DNA of 64,000 nt. Source: Alphaproteobacteria bacterium (lineage in GTDB: Bacteria > Pseudomonadota > Alphaproteobacteria > GCA-2731375). A program made the position numbers and the translations under genes. The notes beneath the pieces were generated by a model. That model worked only from the letters and a program-made list of their open reading frames with translations. It was not told the origin of the DNA and did no database searches. How positions within the stretch are numbered: position 1 is the first letter of the stretch; each line of letters starts with the position of its first letter. Below, piece by piece: positions 19,624 to 29,722 of the stretch. Location of the stretch: NCBI GenBank assembly GCA_965232515.1, contig CBDDPY010000002.1, positions 2,944,001 through 3,008,000 on the forward strand, written 5' to 3'.

Positions 19624-21522
19624 ATGTGCGGCATTGCAGGCTTCTTGAACCTGGACGGTGAACCGGCGTCCGGCGTGCTTGTCAAACGCATGACCGACGC
19701 CATCATTCATCGCGGACCCGACGGCGAAGGTGTCTTCGCTGAGGGGCCGACCGGCCTGGGGCACCGGCGATTGTCAATCATTGACTTGTCTCCGGCCGGC
19801 CACCAGCCGATGGCGACGGCCGATGGCCGTTATGTCCTGACCTACAATGGCGAGATCTATAACTTTCAGGAACTGCGCATCGAATTGGAGGCGCTTGGCT
19901 ATCAGTTTCGCTCGCGCACCGACTCAGAAGTCGCGCTAAACGCCTTCGCCGAATGGGGTCCAGCCGCCCTGGACCGCTTCAATGGCATGTTCGCGTTCGC
20001 TATCTGGGATCGAAAAGACCGTGAGCTTTGGCTCGTGCGTGACCGCTTTGGCGTCAAACCGCTCTATTATGCCCGTGTCGGCAGCAAGTTATTATTCGCG
20101 TCGGAAGTTAAAGCGTTGCTTGCACATCCTGATCTTGACGCCAGATTGAACCCCAACGCACTTGCCGAGTATTTCACGTTCCAGAACATATTTACCGATC
20201 AGTGTCTGTTCGCTGGTGTACGACTGCTACAGCCGGGTACCTATCTGCGCATCAGCGCGGAGGTCGGCGCGATGACTGAGCCGAGACAGTATTGGGATTT
20301 CGCTTTCTCGGAACCAGGCAATCCCGGCGACGAAAAAGCCTATCTTGACGAACTCGATGCGCTGTTCCGGCAGGCGGTAAACCGCCAGCTCGTCAGCGAC
20401 GTTGACGTCGGCGCCTACCTGAGCGGCGGCATGGATTCCGGATCGATAACAGCGATCGCCAGCGCCCATTTCCGCGACCTCAAGAGCTTCACCGTCGGCT
20501 TCGATCTCAGTTCCGCCTCGGGCATCGAACTGGGTTTCGACGAACGACCGGCGGCCGAACATCTATCGTATCTGTTTGGCACCGAACATTACGAAATGGT
20601 GTTGAAAGCCGGCGACATGGAACGCTGCATGTCACGCCTTGTCTGGCACCTTGAAGATCTGCGCGTTGGACAGAGCTATCCGAATTTTTACGCCGCACAG
20701 CTCGCCGGAAAGTTCGGCAAGGTTGTGCTATCAGGCGCCGGCGGTGACGAACTGTTCGGCGGTTATCCGTGGCGGTACTACCGCGCCGTCGTCAATGACA
20801 GCTTTGAGCAATATGCCGACAAATACTACTCGTACTGGCAGCGGCTCGTGCCCGACGGAAAATTTACGCGACTGTTTGCACCGCTAGGCCACGAAATCTG
20901 CAACTTGGACACGCGAGATATCTTTCGTGATGTGTTCATTTCGCATGCGCATGAACTGACGACGCCGGGGGACTACATAAATCATTCGTTGTATTTTGAA
21001 GCGAAGACATTCTTGCACGGTCTCCTTTTGGTGGAAGACAAGCTGTCGATGGCGCATGGTCTGGAGACGCGCGTGCCTTTCCTGGACAGCGATCTTGTCG
21101 ACTTCGCCATGCGCTGTCCGGTTCGCTTGAAGCTGGGCAAGCTTGGCGAAGTTGTCGCATTGAACGAGAACGAACCCGGCCGGAAAACGCGGAAATACTT
21201 CGAGAAGACGAAAGACGGGAAACTTCTTTTGCGCAAGGCGATGCGGCGGTATGTGCCCGCAGATGTCGCTGGCCGGATCAAACAGGGCTTCTCGGCGCCC
21301 GATGCTACTTGGTTTCGCGGCGAAAGCATCGACTATGTCAATGAGCGGCTGCTCGGCTCGAATGGCGCGATATACGATTACTTCGACAGGGCGACGGTGA
21401 CGGATTTAGTCGACGATCACCTGTCGGGCCGTGAAAACCGACGGCTACTGATCTGGTCTCTGCTATGTTTCGAAGAATGGTGCCAGACATTCCTGTCACC
21501 ACAATTTGCCGCACGTCACTAA
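19624..21522 (+). CDS. asnB: Asparagine synthase-like glutamine amidotransferase (WbpS-like uronamide-forming)
   Basis: MCGIAG, HRGPD, NGEIYN, LSGGMDS, SGAGGDELFGGY, ETRVPFLD. Confidence 0.93.
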   Translation: MCGIAGFLNLDGEPASGVLVKRMTDAIIHRGPDGEGVFAEGPTGLGHRRLSIIDLSPAGHQPMATADGRYVLTYNGEIYNFQELRIELEALGYQFRSRTDSEVALNAFAEWGPAALDRFNGMFAFAIWDRKDRELWLVRDRFGVKPLYYARVGSKLLFASEVKALLAHPDLDARLNPNALAEYFTFQNIFTDQCLFAGVRLLQPGTYLRISAEVGAMTEPRQYWDFAFSEPGNPGDEKAYLDELDALFRQAVNRQLVSDVDVGAYLSGGMDSGSITAIASAHFRDLKSFTVGFDLSSASGIELGFDERPAAEHLSYLFGTEHYEMVLKAGDMERCMSRLVWHLEDLRVGQSYPNFYAAQLAGKFGKVVLSGAGGDELFGGYPWRYYRAVVNDSFEQYADKYYSYWQRLVPDGKFTRLFAPLGHEICNLDTRDIFRDVFISHAHELTTPGDYINHSLYFEAKTFLHGLLLVEDKLSMAHGLETRVPFLDSDLVDFAMRCPVRLKLGKLGEVVALNENEPGRKTRKYFEKTKDGKLLLRKAMRRYVPADVAGRIKQGFSAPDATWFRGESIDYVNERLLGSNGAIYDYFDRATVTDLVDDHLSGRENRRLLIWSLLCFEEWCQTFLSPQFAARH

Positions 21523-21540
21523 TCGAGGCATGCGACGCAG

Positions 21541-21831
21541 GTGAGCGAAGACCTGATGACCCGAATCGAACGGAAGATCGGCGAAGCATTCGCCAGGCAA
21601 TGGCCGCACACGCCGGAGATGGCGGCCATACTGGATGCCGATACCCGTTACGACGAAACTGCCGGAGGTATTGTCGGGGGCATATCAATCAGCGTCACAG
21701 ACCAATCGGGCAAGAGTGTTACCGTGCATCATGAGCCGGCCGACGTCCTTAAATCCGCAGACGACGTTGACGATTGGCTGGCGCGGACGCTTTCGACATT
21801 GCTGTCTAAGCATCCGTCCTGGCCGCGCTGA
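21541..21831 (+). CDS. Hypothetical protein
   Basis: 96-aa GTG-start ORF filling the gap on the operon strand. Confidence 0.45.
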   Translation: MSEDLMTRIERKIGEAFARQWPHTPEMAAILDADTRYDETAGGIVGGISISVTDQSGKSVTVHHEPADVLKSADDVDDWLARTLSTLLSKHPSWPR

Positions 21832-21960
21832 TAAGAGAAACTTGGCTTCCCGTCGGCGAATAACAAAGCGATGAGTTTGAACTCAAATCGAGGTCTGCAA
21901 GCAATGTCTGCATTGCAGTTTCGGACCTTGCCACGACGGTTTGGAAATTAGGGCGATCTG

Positions 21961-23112
21961 ATGGCATCATTCATACGTAAAGCACAATATGTGAGCAACA
22001 TATTGAAAAGCCGTCCGCGCGGCTGGCAGTCGCTGCTGTACAACACCACCATGGCGCAATTGCGCCGGACGGGGCCGCTGATGGCGCCTGTGCATGTTTC
22101 GATCGAACCGACCAATGTCTGCAATGCGCGCTGCCCGGTCTGTGAGACCGGCAAGGGCGATATGCAGCGCGCAAACGGCATGCTAGACCCCAACGCCTAC
22201 AAGACGTTCATAGACGATATTGCCAGCAGCACCAGCGTGCTCATGTTCTATTTCATGGGCGAGCCGTTCATGCACCGCGACGCCTACGACATGATCCGCT
22301 ATGCCAGAGAAAAGGGCATCTACGTCGAATCATGCACCAATGGCGACTTTGTCGACGCCAAGGGCATCATTTACTCTGATATCAATCAGATCAGCTTTCA
22401 GATCGGCGGTACGGACAACAGCACACACCGGACCTATCGCGTCCGCAGCAATCTGGATAAGGCGAAAAAGAACCTCTACGAACTGATCGAAGAACGGCGA
22501 AAGCATCCCAACTCTAATGTAACCATCGAGGTCGGCTTCATCGTGATGCGCCACAACGAGCATCAAGTCGAAGACTTCCTACGCTGGGCGGAGGACATCG
22601 GCATCGACAAGGCGAACATTATCGACCCCTGCGCCCGTAATATGTTGGAGGCGCACGCCTATCTGCCGAAGGATAAGAAGTACTGGTACTATGACGAGGA
22701 AGCCTTCGAGAAAGGCATCCTGAAGCCAAAACATGTACCCGACAATGAATGTACCTGGATATGGAATTCGATCCAGTTGAACTGGAATGGCGATGCCGTG
22801 CCCTGTTGCCGCGACCCGAACGGCGAGTTCGTCCTTGGCAACGTTTTCGATTCCGGCCTGCAAGCGGTATTCAATGGCGACAACGCGCGCGACTTCCGAC
22901 GCCGAATTCTTGATGCTCAGGGTAGTGTGAGTATTTGCGAGCTGTGCTCAGGCTACGGGCTGCCAAACCTCGGTAGGACCCGGCCGGCAAACTTCTCTAT
23001 CGAGCGTCATACCGTGCAACCGAACTACGATGCCGTCGCAGCTTTGCTCCAGGACATCGATCCGGAGATGGCCGCGAATGAGCAACACTCAGTCGCCAGT
23101 GTGAATTCATGA
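21961..23112 (+). CDS. Radical SAM/SPASM-domain protein
   Basis: CNARCPVC, YFMGEP, TNG; SPASM/twitch Cys set C..W...PCC.D...LGN...CELC. Confidence 0.9.
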   Translation: MASFIRKAQYVSNILKSRPRGWQSLLYNTTMAQLRRTGPLMAPVHVSIEPTNVCNARCPVCETGKGDMQRANGMLDPNAYKTFIDDIASSTSVLMFYFMGEPFMHRDAYDMIRYAREKGIYVESCTNGDFVDAKGIIYSDINQISFQIGGTDNSTHRTYRVRSNLDKAKKNLYELIEERRKHPNSNVTIEVGFIVMRHNEHQVEDFLRWAEDIGIDKANIIDPCARNMLEAHAYLPKDKKYWYYDEEAFEKGILKPKHVPDNECTWIWNSIQLNWNGDAVPCCRDPNGEFVLGNVFDSGLQAVFNGDNARDFRRRILDAQGSVSICELCSGYGLPNLGRTRPANFSIERHTVQPNYDAVAALLQDIDPEMAANEQHSVASVNS

Positions 23113-23220
23113 GGTCGGAGAAAGTGCCCTGCCCGCATCGGTTGCGCCATGCGTTTAGTCGCGGTGACCTGACACTGTGAAATTATACTGTCAGAGCACC
23201 GATCGGGCTCGGCTCTCCGG

Positions 23221-24297
23221 TTGCGATACGTAACTAATCAGACCCGAGTCGAGGCCCTGATGGCGTCTGCCATCGAAGATTTTGAGCTCGACCTCAGCGA
23301 TATCAATGTTCTTACCGAAGCCGGCTCGGCGACTTTCGCTGTAACGCCGCTCATTGCCGCTATGGCCGGCGCCAATTACGTATTCGCCGTCTCTCGCGAT
23401 TCCCAACATGGTAGGGCCGCCGACATTTTCGACTATGTACGCAGCTGGGCCGGCCGGTTGGGAGTCCGCAAACAAATAGAGTTCAGCACATGCCCACCGG
23501 CCGACCACGCTCCCGACAGCCACTTAGTGACAAATCTCGGCTTTGTGCGCCCGCTAGATCGCGATCTGCTTCGTCGATTGCCTCCTGATGCTGCCATAGC
23601 CCTCATGTGGGAACCTTGGGAGCTGCGCGATGCCGACATCGATGTTATCGCCTGCCGCGAATTCGACGTTCCGGTGCTTGGGACGAAGGAAACGCACCAC
23701 CGATTGATGACATTCCGCTATGTCGGGATGCTCGCGCTCAAGCTTTTGCTTGAGGCAAAAATCGAGGTGTTTCAGTGCTCGATTGCAGTTGTCGGCTCAG
23801 ACCCGTTCGGTTGCGAGACAGCAAGGGTTCTCGAATCCCTCGACGCCAACGTCATAAGAATTCCGGCAGCGGAGCTTTTTGACGGTGAGGCAACAGCGAT
23901 GCGGGATAGGTTGGCGGGCGTTGATGCCATCGTGCTTGTGGAACATCGCGACCACCGGATGCTGATCTCGGAAGGCGGCTGCATATCCGCCAAGTGGCTT
24001 GCAGATAATGCCGTAACGTTGGTGCATATCTGTGGCCGTGTCGACCTCGACGCCGTACGGGCGGCCTCGGTCAACAGAATACCTGAGAATTCGGCTACGC
24101 CGGGATCCATGACCTTGACGACCGAATATGTCGGACCGCGACCGGTCGTCGACCTGCACGCCGCGGGCCTGCGCGTTGGCGAGCTACTGGTTCGCGGCCG
24201 CCGTGATTTCGGCGACACGCGGCGTGCCGTCGCGTCGGCATTGGCCAGCGGCTTGGCATTAGAGCTTGAACCTGCGAACGCCAGCGAAACGCAATGA
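23221..24297 (+). CDS. Hypothetical protein, possible two-domain NAD-binding fold
   Basis: 358-aa ORF, ATGA overlap with next gene; VLTEAGS..TPLIAAMAGA, IAVVGSDPFG. Confidence 0.55.
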   Translation: MRYVTNQTRVEALMASAIEDFELDLSDINVLTEAGSATFAVTPLIAAMAGANYVFAVSRDSQHGRAADIFDYVRSWAGRLGVRKQIEFSTCPPADHAPDSHLVTNLGFVRPLDRDLLRRLPPDAAIALMWEPWELRDADIDVIACREFDVPVLGTKETHHRLMTFRYVGMLALKLLLEAKIEVFQCSIAVVGSDPFGCETARVLESLDANVIRIPAAELFDGEATAMRDRLAGVDAIVLVEHRDHRMLISEGGCISAKWLADNAVTLVHICGRVDLDAVRAASVNRIPENSATPGSMTLTTEYVGPRPVVDLHAAGLRVGELLVRGRRDFGDTRRAVASALASGLALELEPANASETQ

Positions 24298-25229
24298 GGG
24301 TGGCATTGATCGGCCGCACTGGCATGTTACTGCGATGTGCCGAATTGCTGCGGCGCGATGGCCATCAGATTGGTTTCGTCGCGACCTGTCGCGCCGAGCC
24401 TTACTACGACGTGCGGGAAGTCGATTTCGAAACACTGGCTAACAACGCCTGTGTAGGTTTTTTCAATTCGGCAAACATCAACACGCCAGAACGCGTGGCG
24501 GAACTTCGCGCGGCACAGTGCGACATAGCAATTTCGGTCAATTGGCTGAACATCATCAAAGACGCGGCGATAGCGGCATTTCCGCACGGCATCATCAACG
24601 CGCATGCAGGCGACCTGCCGAGGTTTCGAGGCAACGCTTGTCCGAACTGGGCGATACTCGCTGATGAACCGCATGTCGGACTGTGCGTCCACCAGATGGA
24701 ACCAGGCGCCTTGGATAGCGGACCGGTGCTGTTGCGGACAAAATTTCCGTTGGGACCGGACAGCTACATCTCCGAGGTATATGACTGGCTGAACCAACAG
24801 GTTCCCAAGCAGCTCGTAGACGCAGTTGACGGAATTGCCAGCGGCTCATTGAAGCCGACGCCGCAGCCTAACGATCTTGCCCAGAGCTTGCGCTGCTACA
24901 GCCGTCGTCCCGAGGATGCCCGGATCGATTGGCGGCAGGATGCCAAATCTATTCACCGCTTGGTTCGAGCGTCTTCTCGACCATTCTCCGGCGCTAGCTC
25001 GACTTTGGAAGAGACGCAAAAAGTCACAATCTGGCGAGCTGATTTGCTGGAACCAGAATTCGCCTTTTTGGCGGTTCCCGGCCAGATAATTGACGCAGTT
25101 GACGGCGATCCCGTGATCGCCTGCGGCAACGGCGCCCTAAGGTTGACCGAGGTCAATCTCGACGACGACCCTGATGGGCCGGCGGCGAAGCGCGAGATCG
25201 CCCGTAGCACGCGTCGGAGGCTCGTGTGA
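24294..25229 (+). CDS. Sugar N-formyltransferase (Fmt/ArnA-type N and C domains)
   Basis: INAHAGDLPRFRG..PNWAI, LDSGPV, RRPEDARIDW, LVRA..RPFSGA. Confidence 0.88.
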   Translation: MRVALIGRTGMLLRCAELLRRDGHQIGFVATCRAEPYYDVREVDFETLANNACVGFFNSANINTPERVAELRAAQCDIAISVNWLNIIKDAAIAAFPHGIINAHAGDLPRFRGNACPNWAILADEPHVGLCVHQMEPGALDSGPVLLRTKFPLGPDSYISEVYDWLNQQVPKQLVDAVDGIASGSLKPTPQPNDLAQSLRCYSRRPEDARIDWRQDAKSIHRLVRASSRPFSGASSTLEETQKVTIWRADLLEPEFAFLAVPGQIIDAVDGDPVIACGNGALRLTEVNLDDDPDGPAAKREIARSTRRRLV

Positions 25230-25230
25230 G

Positions 25231-26457
25231 ATGGGATCGGGCAAGCCGCGCATCATGTTTCTGGTTTCCGCCGAATTCGAGAGCCTGGCGCGAAAAAACG
25301 TCGTGCATATGGTTCTCGACAGAGACGAAGGCGGATTTTTCGAACGCGTCGTCACGGTCCATCCCTTTACCCGGAAACATCAGGTTATCAGGTTGAACGA
25401 CGTCCATCAGGTTTACGAACTCGGCGGAATCAAACCGGGTCGCTGGCTGCGGCGACAATTGCGCCTCAGCATTCACCTGCTAGGGGTCGTTCGCGAAACA
25501 ATTCAGCTGGTCGACAATCAACGGATCGACATTATCCGCGCAACCGATCCTTATTGGATGGGCTTCATCGGCTATTGCGTTCGTATGCTGCGCCCCAATG
25601 TGAAAACCTGCGTCTCGATACATGCGGAATATGATAACCGGCATTCTCTAGATGGCGCACAGGGTGCGCCCGTCGTTTTCGGATCGAGGCGGATTGCGAA
25701 GATGCTCGAGCGTTTCGTGCTGTCGCACACACCGTTGATATTGCCGATCCGGGACAGTCTGCGAGACTACGCGATCGCCAATGGCGCACGCGCCGATTCG
25801 ACACGGGTAATTCCTCACGGCATCAACTTTGACGACTTCCGGCATGCTGTATCGTATGACGTTCGGGACCGGTACGGACTAGACCGCAACGTCCAGATAG
25901 TCAGTTTCGTCGGACGCCTGTCCAGAGAAAATTACGTGGACGATGTTCTCGAACTCGCACGCCGACTGGCGAAAAATCGCAGCGATTTCATTATTGTGTT
26001 GGCAGGTGGCGGTACGGAAGAAAATCGACTGCGCGCACTCGTCTCGGAAGATGAGCGTCTGAAGAGATTTATCCGGATGGTCGGCTTCATCCCTCGGGAA
26101 GAAGTGACGGCGCTAAGGCAGGCAAGCGCCATCTCACTTTGCCTGATGGGCGGCTTTAGTCTTATTGAAGCCTGCGCTGCGGCCTCTGCGGTCGTAGCTT
26201 ATGACGTCGAATGGCATGCAGAGTTGGTGCACGACGGCAAAACCGGATTTCTCGTTCCGACAAAAGATATCGACGTATTGACCGAGAGAGTGGATTTTCT
26301 GTTGAGCGATCAGGAAAAGACGCAATTCATGGGGCAAGAGGCGCGCCAACTCGCGAAAAAGCTCCACAGCCTCGAGGCAACCTCCAAAACAAAGGTTGCA
26401 CACTATGCGCACCTGCTCGAATCCGAACTGAAAAGACGCTCAAGACAGACAATCTGA
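25231..26457 (+). CDS. GT4 glycosyltransferase
   Basis: VIPHGI, FVGRLSRE, GFSLIEA, ELVHDGKTGFLV. Confidence 0.85.
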   Translation: MGSGKPRIMFLVSAEFESLARKNVVHMVLDRDEGGFFERVVTVHPFTRKHQVIRLNDVHQVYELGGIKPGRWLRRQLRLSIHLLGVVRETIQLVDNQRIDIIRATDPYWMGFIGYCVRMLRPNVKTCVSIHAEYDNRHSLDGAQGAPVVFGSRRIAKMLERFVLSHTPLILPIRDSLRDYAIANGARADSTRVIPHGINFDDFRHAVSYDVRDRYGLDRNVQIVSFVGRLSRENYVDDVLELARRLAKNRSDFIIVLAGGGTEENRLRALVSEDERLKRFIRMVGFIPREEVTALRQASAISLCLMGGFSLIEACAAASAVVAYDVEWHAELVHDGKTGFLVPTKDIDVLTERVDFLLSDQEKTQFMGQEARQLAKKLHSLEATSKTKVAHYAHLLESELKRRSRQTI

Positions 26458-26492
26458 CGAGAACCGCGCCCGATCTGGCGCAAGTGGAAATT

Positions 26493-27354
26493 ATGTGAAT
26501 TTTACTATTGGGATCGACCGATCTCACCCTGGCAATCGGCAATTAGATGCTGGACATGAATGTCGGTTTGGCTGGCGTCGTCCAAGTCAAGGGGCCTTTC
26601 CGGATATCATATGCGCCCAACGGTCAGGGAAATGCGTGAAGTGAATGTCGGAACTTGGTGCGAGCGTCGCAAGATACCGTCGTACGAATACGAAAATAGC
26701 CAGACGATCATCGATTCAGCGAACGAGACCAATGCCGACGTTCTTTTGGCGGCAGTCTGGTATCACATGTTGGGCCGGCAAGTCAGAGCCAAATTTCCAT
26801 TAGGCGCACTCGGCCTGTATGCCTCGCTTCTGCCCAAATTCAAAGGCGGCACACCGCTCAATTGGGCAATTCTGTCGGGCGAGTCCGAAACAGGAATTTC
26901 GCTGTTTGAACCCGGGGATGGCGTGGACGACGGTAAGGTCTATGGACAGAAGCGGTTTCCGATCGCCTCGGATACGACGATTACCGAATTGGTCAACACG
27001 GCGGAGGTCGGCGCCCTCGAACTGATCGCCGAATGCCTGCCGCGCATCGCGGACCGCTCGCTGGAACCAAGACCGCAACACGGAACCGCCAGCCATTGCC
27101 TACAACACAAGCCCGAAGACCGGCGGATCGATTGGAAAATTTCGGCGATTGGCATATGATAGGTGGTCGGGGCGGTGAACCATCCGTATACGGGTGCTAC
27201 GACACGATTGGACGATCAGACCGTCTACATATGGCGCCGCACAACGCTGCCGATCGATCCGCCCCTGGTGCTCGGCTGTCCCGGCCAGATTGCGCGGATT
27301 CCAGAGACCGTTCTGCCTTGCGTCGTGACCGGCTCGGGCACTCATCACAATTGA
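26493..27354 (+). pseudogene. Second formyltransferase, heavily decayed
   Basis: M*ILLLGS start; stops at 26496, 26544, 27157, 27160; frameshift near 26630; GLYASLLPKFKGGTPLNWAI (catalytic His read as Tyr), DDG, KPEDRRIDW. Confidence 0.82.
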
Positions 27355-27678
27355 AGAGGCATCGGATGAGACCTGAAACGATATTATCCCGCTTCTTAAG
27401 AAATTATACCATCGACGACTGAACTGACTGGCGAACTGGCAAGCCGCAAAATGGATTCCACTGCAAAAGCTTTCCAGAAATTATATTTCAGATTTGTTCT
27501 CAAAGCATTTTACCAAAGAGTGACGGGCGTCAATCGCACTACCATCTTGGCGAGATGCTTTTCCTTGTCTTGATATTCCTCATTTCTACGCAATATCGAA
27601 AATCCAAAAAGCGCACAAAATGAACACTTAACAAAACTCCACTCAAAAGCATCAACTTAAATCGATCTCTCGAGTATC

Positions 27679-28467
27679 GTGCTCAAGAAAACTGAAATAG
27701 AGCAATTTACGGCATCGTTCTGCGAGGCAGCCGCGGACCGAGTAGGTCCAAATTACTTCCGCACTCGACGTTTGGAATTTGTCCTCCAACGCATGTTGTT
27801 GCCAGAACTATTTAGTGATCGCTACCAGCGGGCGCTTGAGCTCGGATGCGGCATCGGCTTCAAGGCTCTGCTGATGAGGGAATTCGCAGAGCAAGTTGAT
27901 GGCATAGACATTGACCAACCCTATCACGGTTTCATGGCAGACGTGCCATCGATTAATATAGGTAAAGAATTATTGAGCAGGATCGGAATTGATGGCATTC
28001 GACTTCGCTCCGCCGATTTCTTGACGTTTATGAATGAACATCATGCTCAATATGATCTGATCTATTCCGACTATCTTTTAGAACATGTTCCTGACTTGCC
28101 ATCTCTCTATACGGCGATCTTGGCAGCACTAAAACCTGGCGGCCTAGCATTGCACATTGTCCCCAATACGCATGATGCTCTGATTCAACTGTCGAATGAA
28201 AATCTGCGTCCAACCTTGTCAGCTTTGAAAAGAGTCGCCAAGGCAAGTCTGAGCCAGGCATTCAGCGGCAGTCGGCGGCGGCCCAAAATGACAGGTGTCG
28301 GGTATTTCATGCCGGAAACTCATTCGGAATTCATTTCCGATTTTCGTGATCAATTCGAAGTTTTTCGAATAGAGAACTACGTATTTCCAATGATAGAGGC
28401 CGGCTTTACAATTGAAAAAATTGTTCCATTAAGAGAACATAGTTATGGTATTTCTTGTCGAAAATAA
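27679..28467 (+). CDS. Class I SAM-dependent methyltransferase
   Basis: LELGCGIG, GIDI, LEHVPD, LKPGG; AT-rich. Confidence 0.85.
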   Translation: MLKKTEIEQFTASFCEAAADRVGPNYFRTRRLEFVLQRMLLPELFSDRYQRALELGCGIGFKALLMREFAEQVDGIDIDQPYHGFMADVPSINIGKELLSRIGIDGIRLRSADFLTFMNEHHAQYDLIYSDYLLEHVPDLPSLYTAILAALKPGGLALHIVPNTHDALIQLSNENLRPTLSALKRVAKASLSQAFSGSRRRPKMTGVGYFMPETHSEFISDFRDQFEVFRIENYVFPMIEAGFTIEKIVPLREHSYGISCRK

Positions 28468-28489
28468 ATAAATTATTTGGAATATATAA

Positions 28490-29722
28490 ATGAAAAAAAA
28501 TAAAATAAAAATCCTGTATCTTGACAGCCTTTTATCTTATATAAATCCATCCAGGAACCTAATTCCCAACATACTATCTAAAGCCGGAGTTTTGTATTGT
28601 TACGGACCCGGATATACCGCATCTGATGAACTAAAACGTGGATGCAAAGCATTTTCAGACAAGCATGGTCCCTTCGACATCATTATTTCTAGCATTCACA
28701 TAACATTAACTAGATTTTATCCAAAAGAAAATATTGAAAATAGACTACGACATTACGCGAGATCATTTCCTAACGAAGATTTATTGCATTTTGATGATAT
28801 GTTCGAATTTTTCTTGAAATTCGATGGTCCAAAACTCGCCTTGATGCTTGAAAGCGATCCGTACAATTTCTCGGCAAAACAAATCGATATATTGAATCAG
28901 ATCAACACTTACCTAATCGGTTGGGGTATTAATTCGATAGAATCGAAAAAAAATCTCCGCTTTATTAAGGAAGAATCGTTCGGACAAAGAATTAATGACA
29001 ATTACTTCGAGTTCATTCGAGAGAGCCGCAATCGTGTCGTTGAATTTCATCACTATGTAAGCGAACACGAGCTCTGCTGGACACCGTTGGCGCATCGCTC
29101 AACGCCGTGGTCGATCCTCGGCGCGATGTATCGGGCACGGCGTATTGCCATAGACACTCTAAAGGAAAACGGAATCAGGGCGTCGAAAGCGCACTATGGT
29201 TTTCCATTTGAATTGGCTCGAAGATTTCGGCTCCTTGGCCCCCCGACTCGCACCGAACAGGCAATTGTAAACTACGCATTTCGACGGAAAATGCAGACGG
29301 CGCGCTATGGCTATACCTGCGGGTCCGCCCTGCGCTATCCGATCCGGAAATACTTTGAAATTCCTGCTGCCGGCGCCGTCCTTGTTTGCGATCCCTGCGC
29401 CGGCTTCGAGGATCTTGGTTTCGTCGACGGCGAAAACGCCATCGTGTGCGAACCGGAAGGCGTGCACAAAGTGCATCACCTCCTGGAAAATGAACCGGAA
29501 CGCGCGCAGAAAATAGCGGACCGTGGACGCGCGTTGGTGCTTGATCGACACGTCGTCGGCGCACGAGCAAGGCAACTGCGGGAATGCCTCGAAGCCATTG
29601 TCGATGGCACGTTCGCCGGTTCGCGCTGGAACAAGGGCCGGTTCGAGGTGATCCGCAAGAAGGAACATTCGCCGAATATCCCGACAAGCGCCCAGGCGTC
29701 GGCCGGCCAGATTCCACATTGA
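28490..29722 (+). CDS. CgeB-like / Glyco_trans_1_2 glycosyltransferase
   Basis: C-terminal KYFEIPAAGAVLV..GFVDGENAI..IADRGR..H; AT-rich N-terminus. Confidence 0.75.
   Translation: MKKNKIKILYLDSLLSYINPSRNLIPNILSKAGVLYCYGPGYTASDELKRGCKAFSDKHGPFDIIISSIHITLTRFYPKENIENRLRHYARSFPNEDLLHFDDMFEFFLKFDGPKLALMLESDPYNFSAKQIDILNQINTYLIGWGINSIESKKNLRFIKEESFGQRINDNYFEFIRESRNRVVEFHHYVSEHELCWTPLAHRSTPWSILGAMYRARRIAIDTLKENGIRASKAHYGFPFELARRFRLLGPPTRTEQAIVNYAFRRKMQTARYGYTCGSALRYPIRKYFEIPAAGAVLVCDPCAGFEDLGFVDGENAIVCEPEGVHKVHHLLENEPERAQKIADRGRALVLDRHVVGARARQLRECLEAIVDGTFAGSRWNKGRFEVIRKKEHSPNIPTSAQASAGQIPH

Noticed and set aside
19624-21831. AsnB plus small ORF as a lasso-peptide cluster
   Set aside because: AsnB has an intact N-terminal Cys glutaminase domain; no B1/B2 peptidase or leader motif.
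10728-27162. Amber-to-Gln recoding suggested by several in-frame TAGs
   Set aside because: Intact genes here end in TAG (15421, 16589, 41741, all three mini-proteins), and most of the broken genes also carry TGA stops, frameshifts or deletions.
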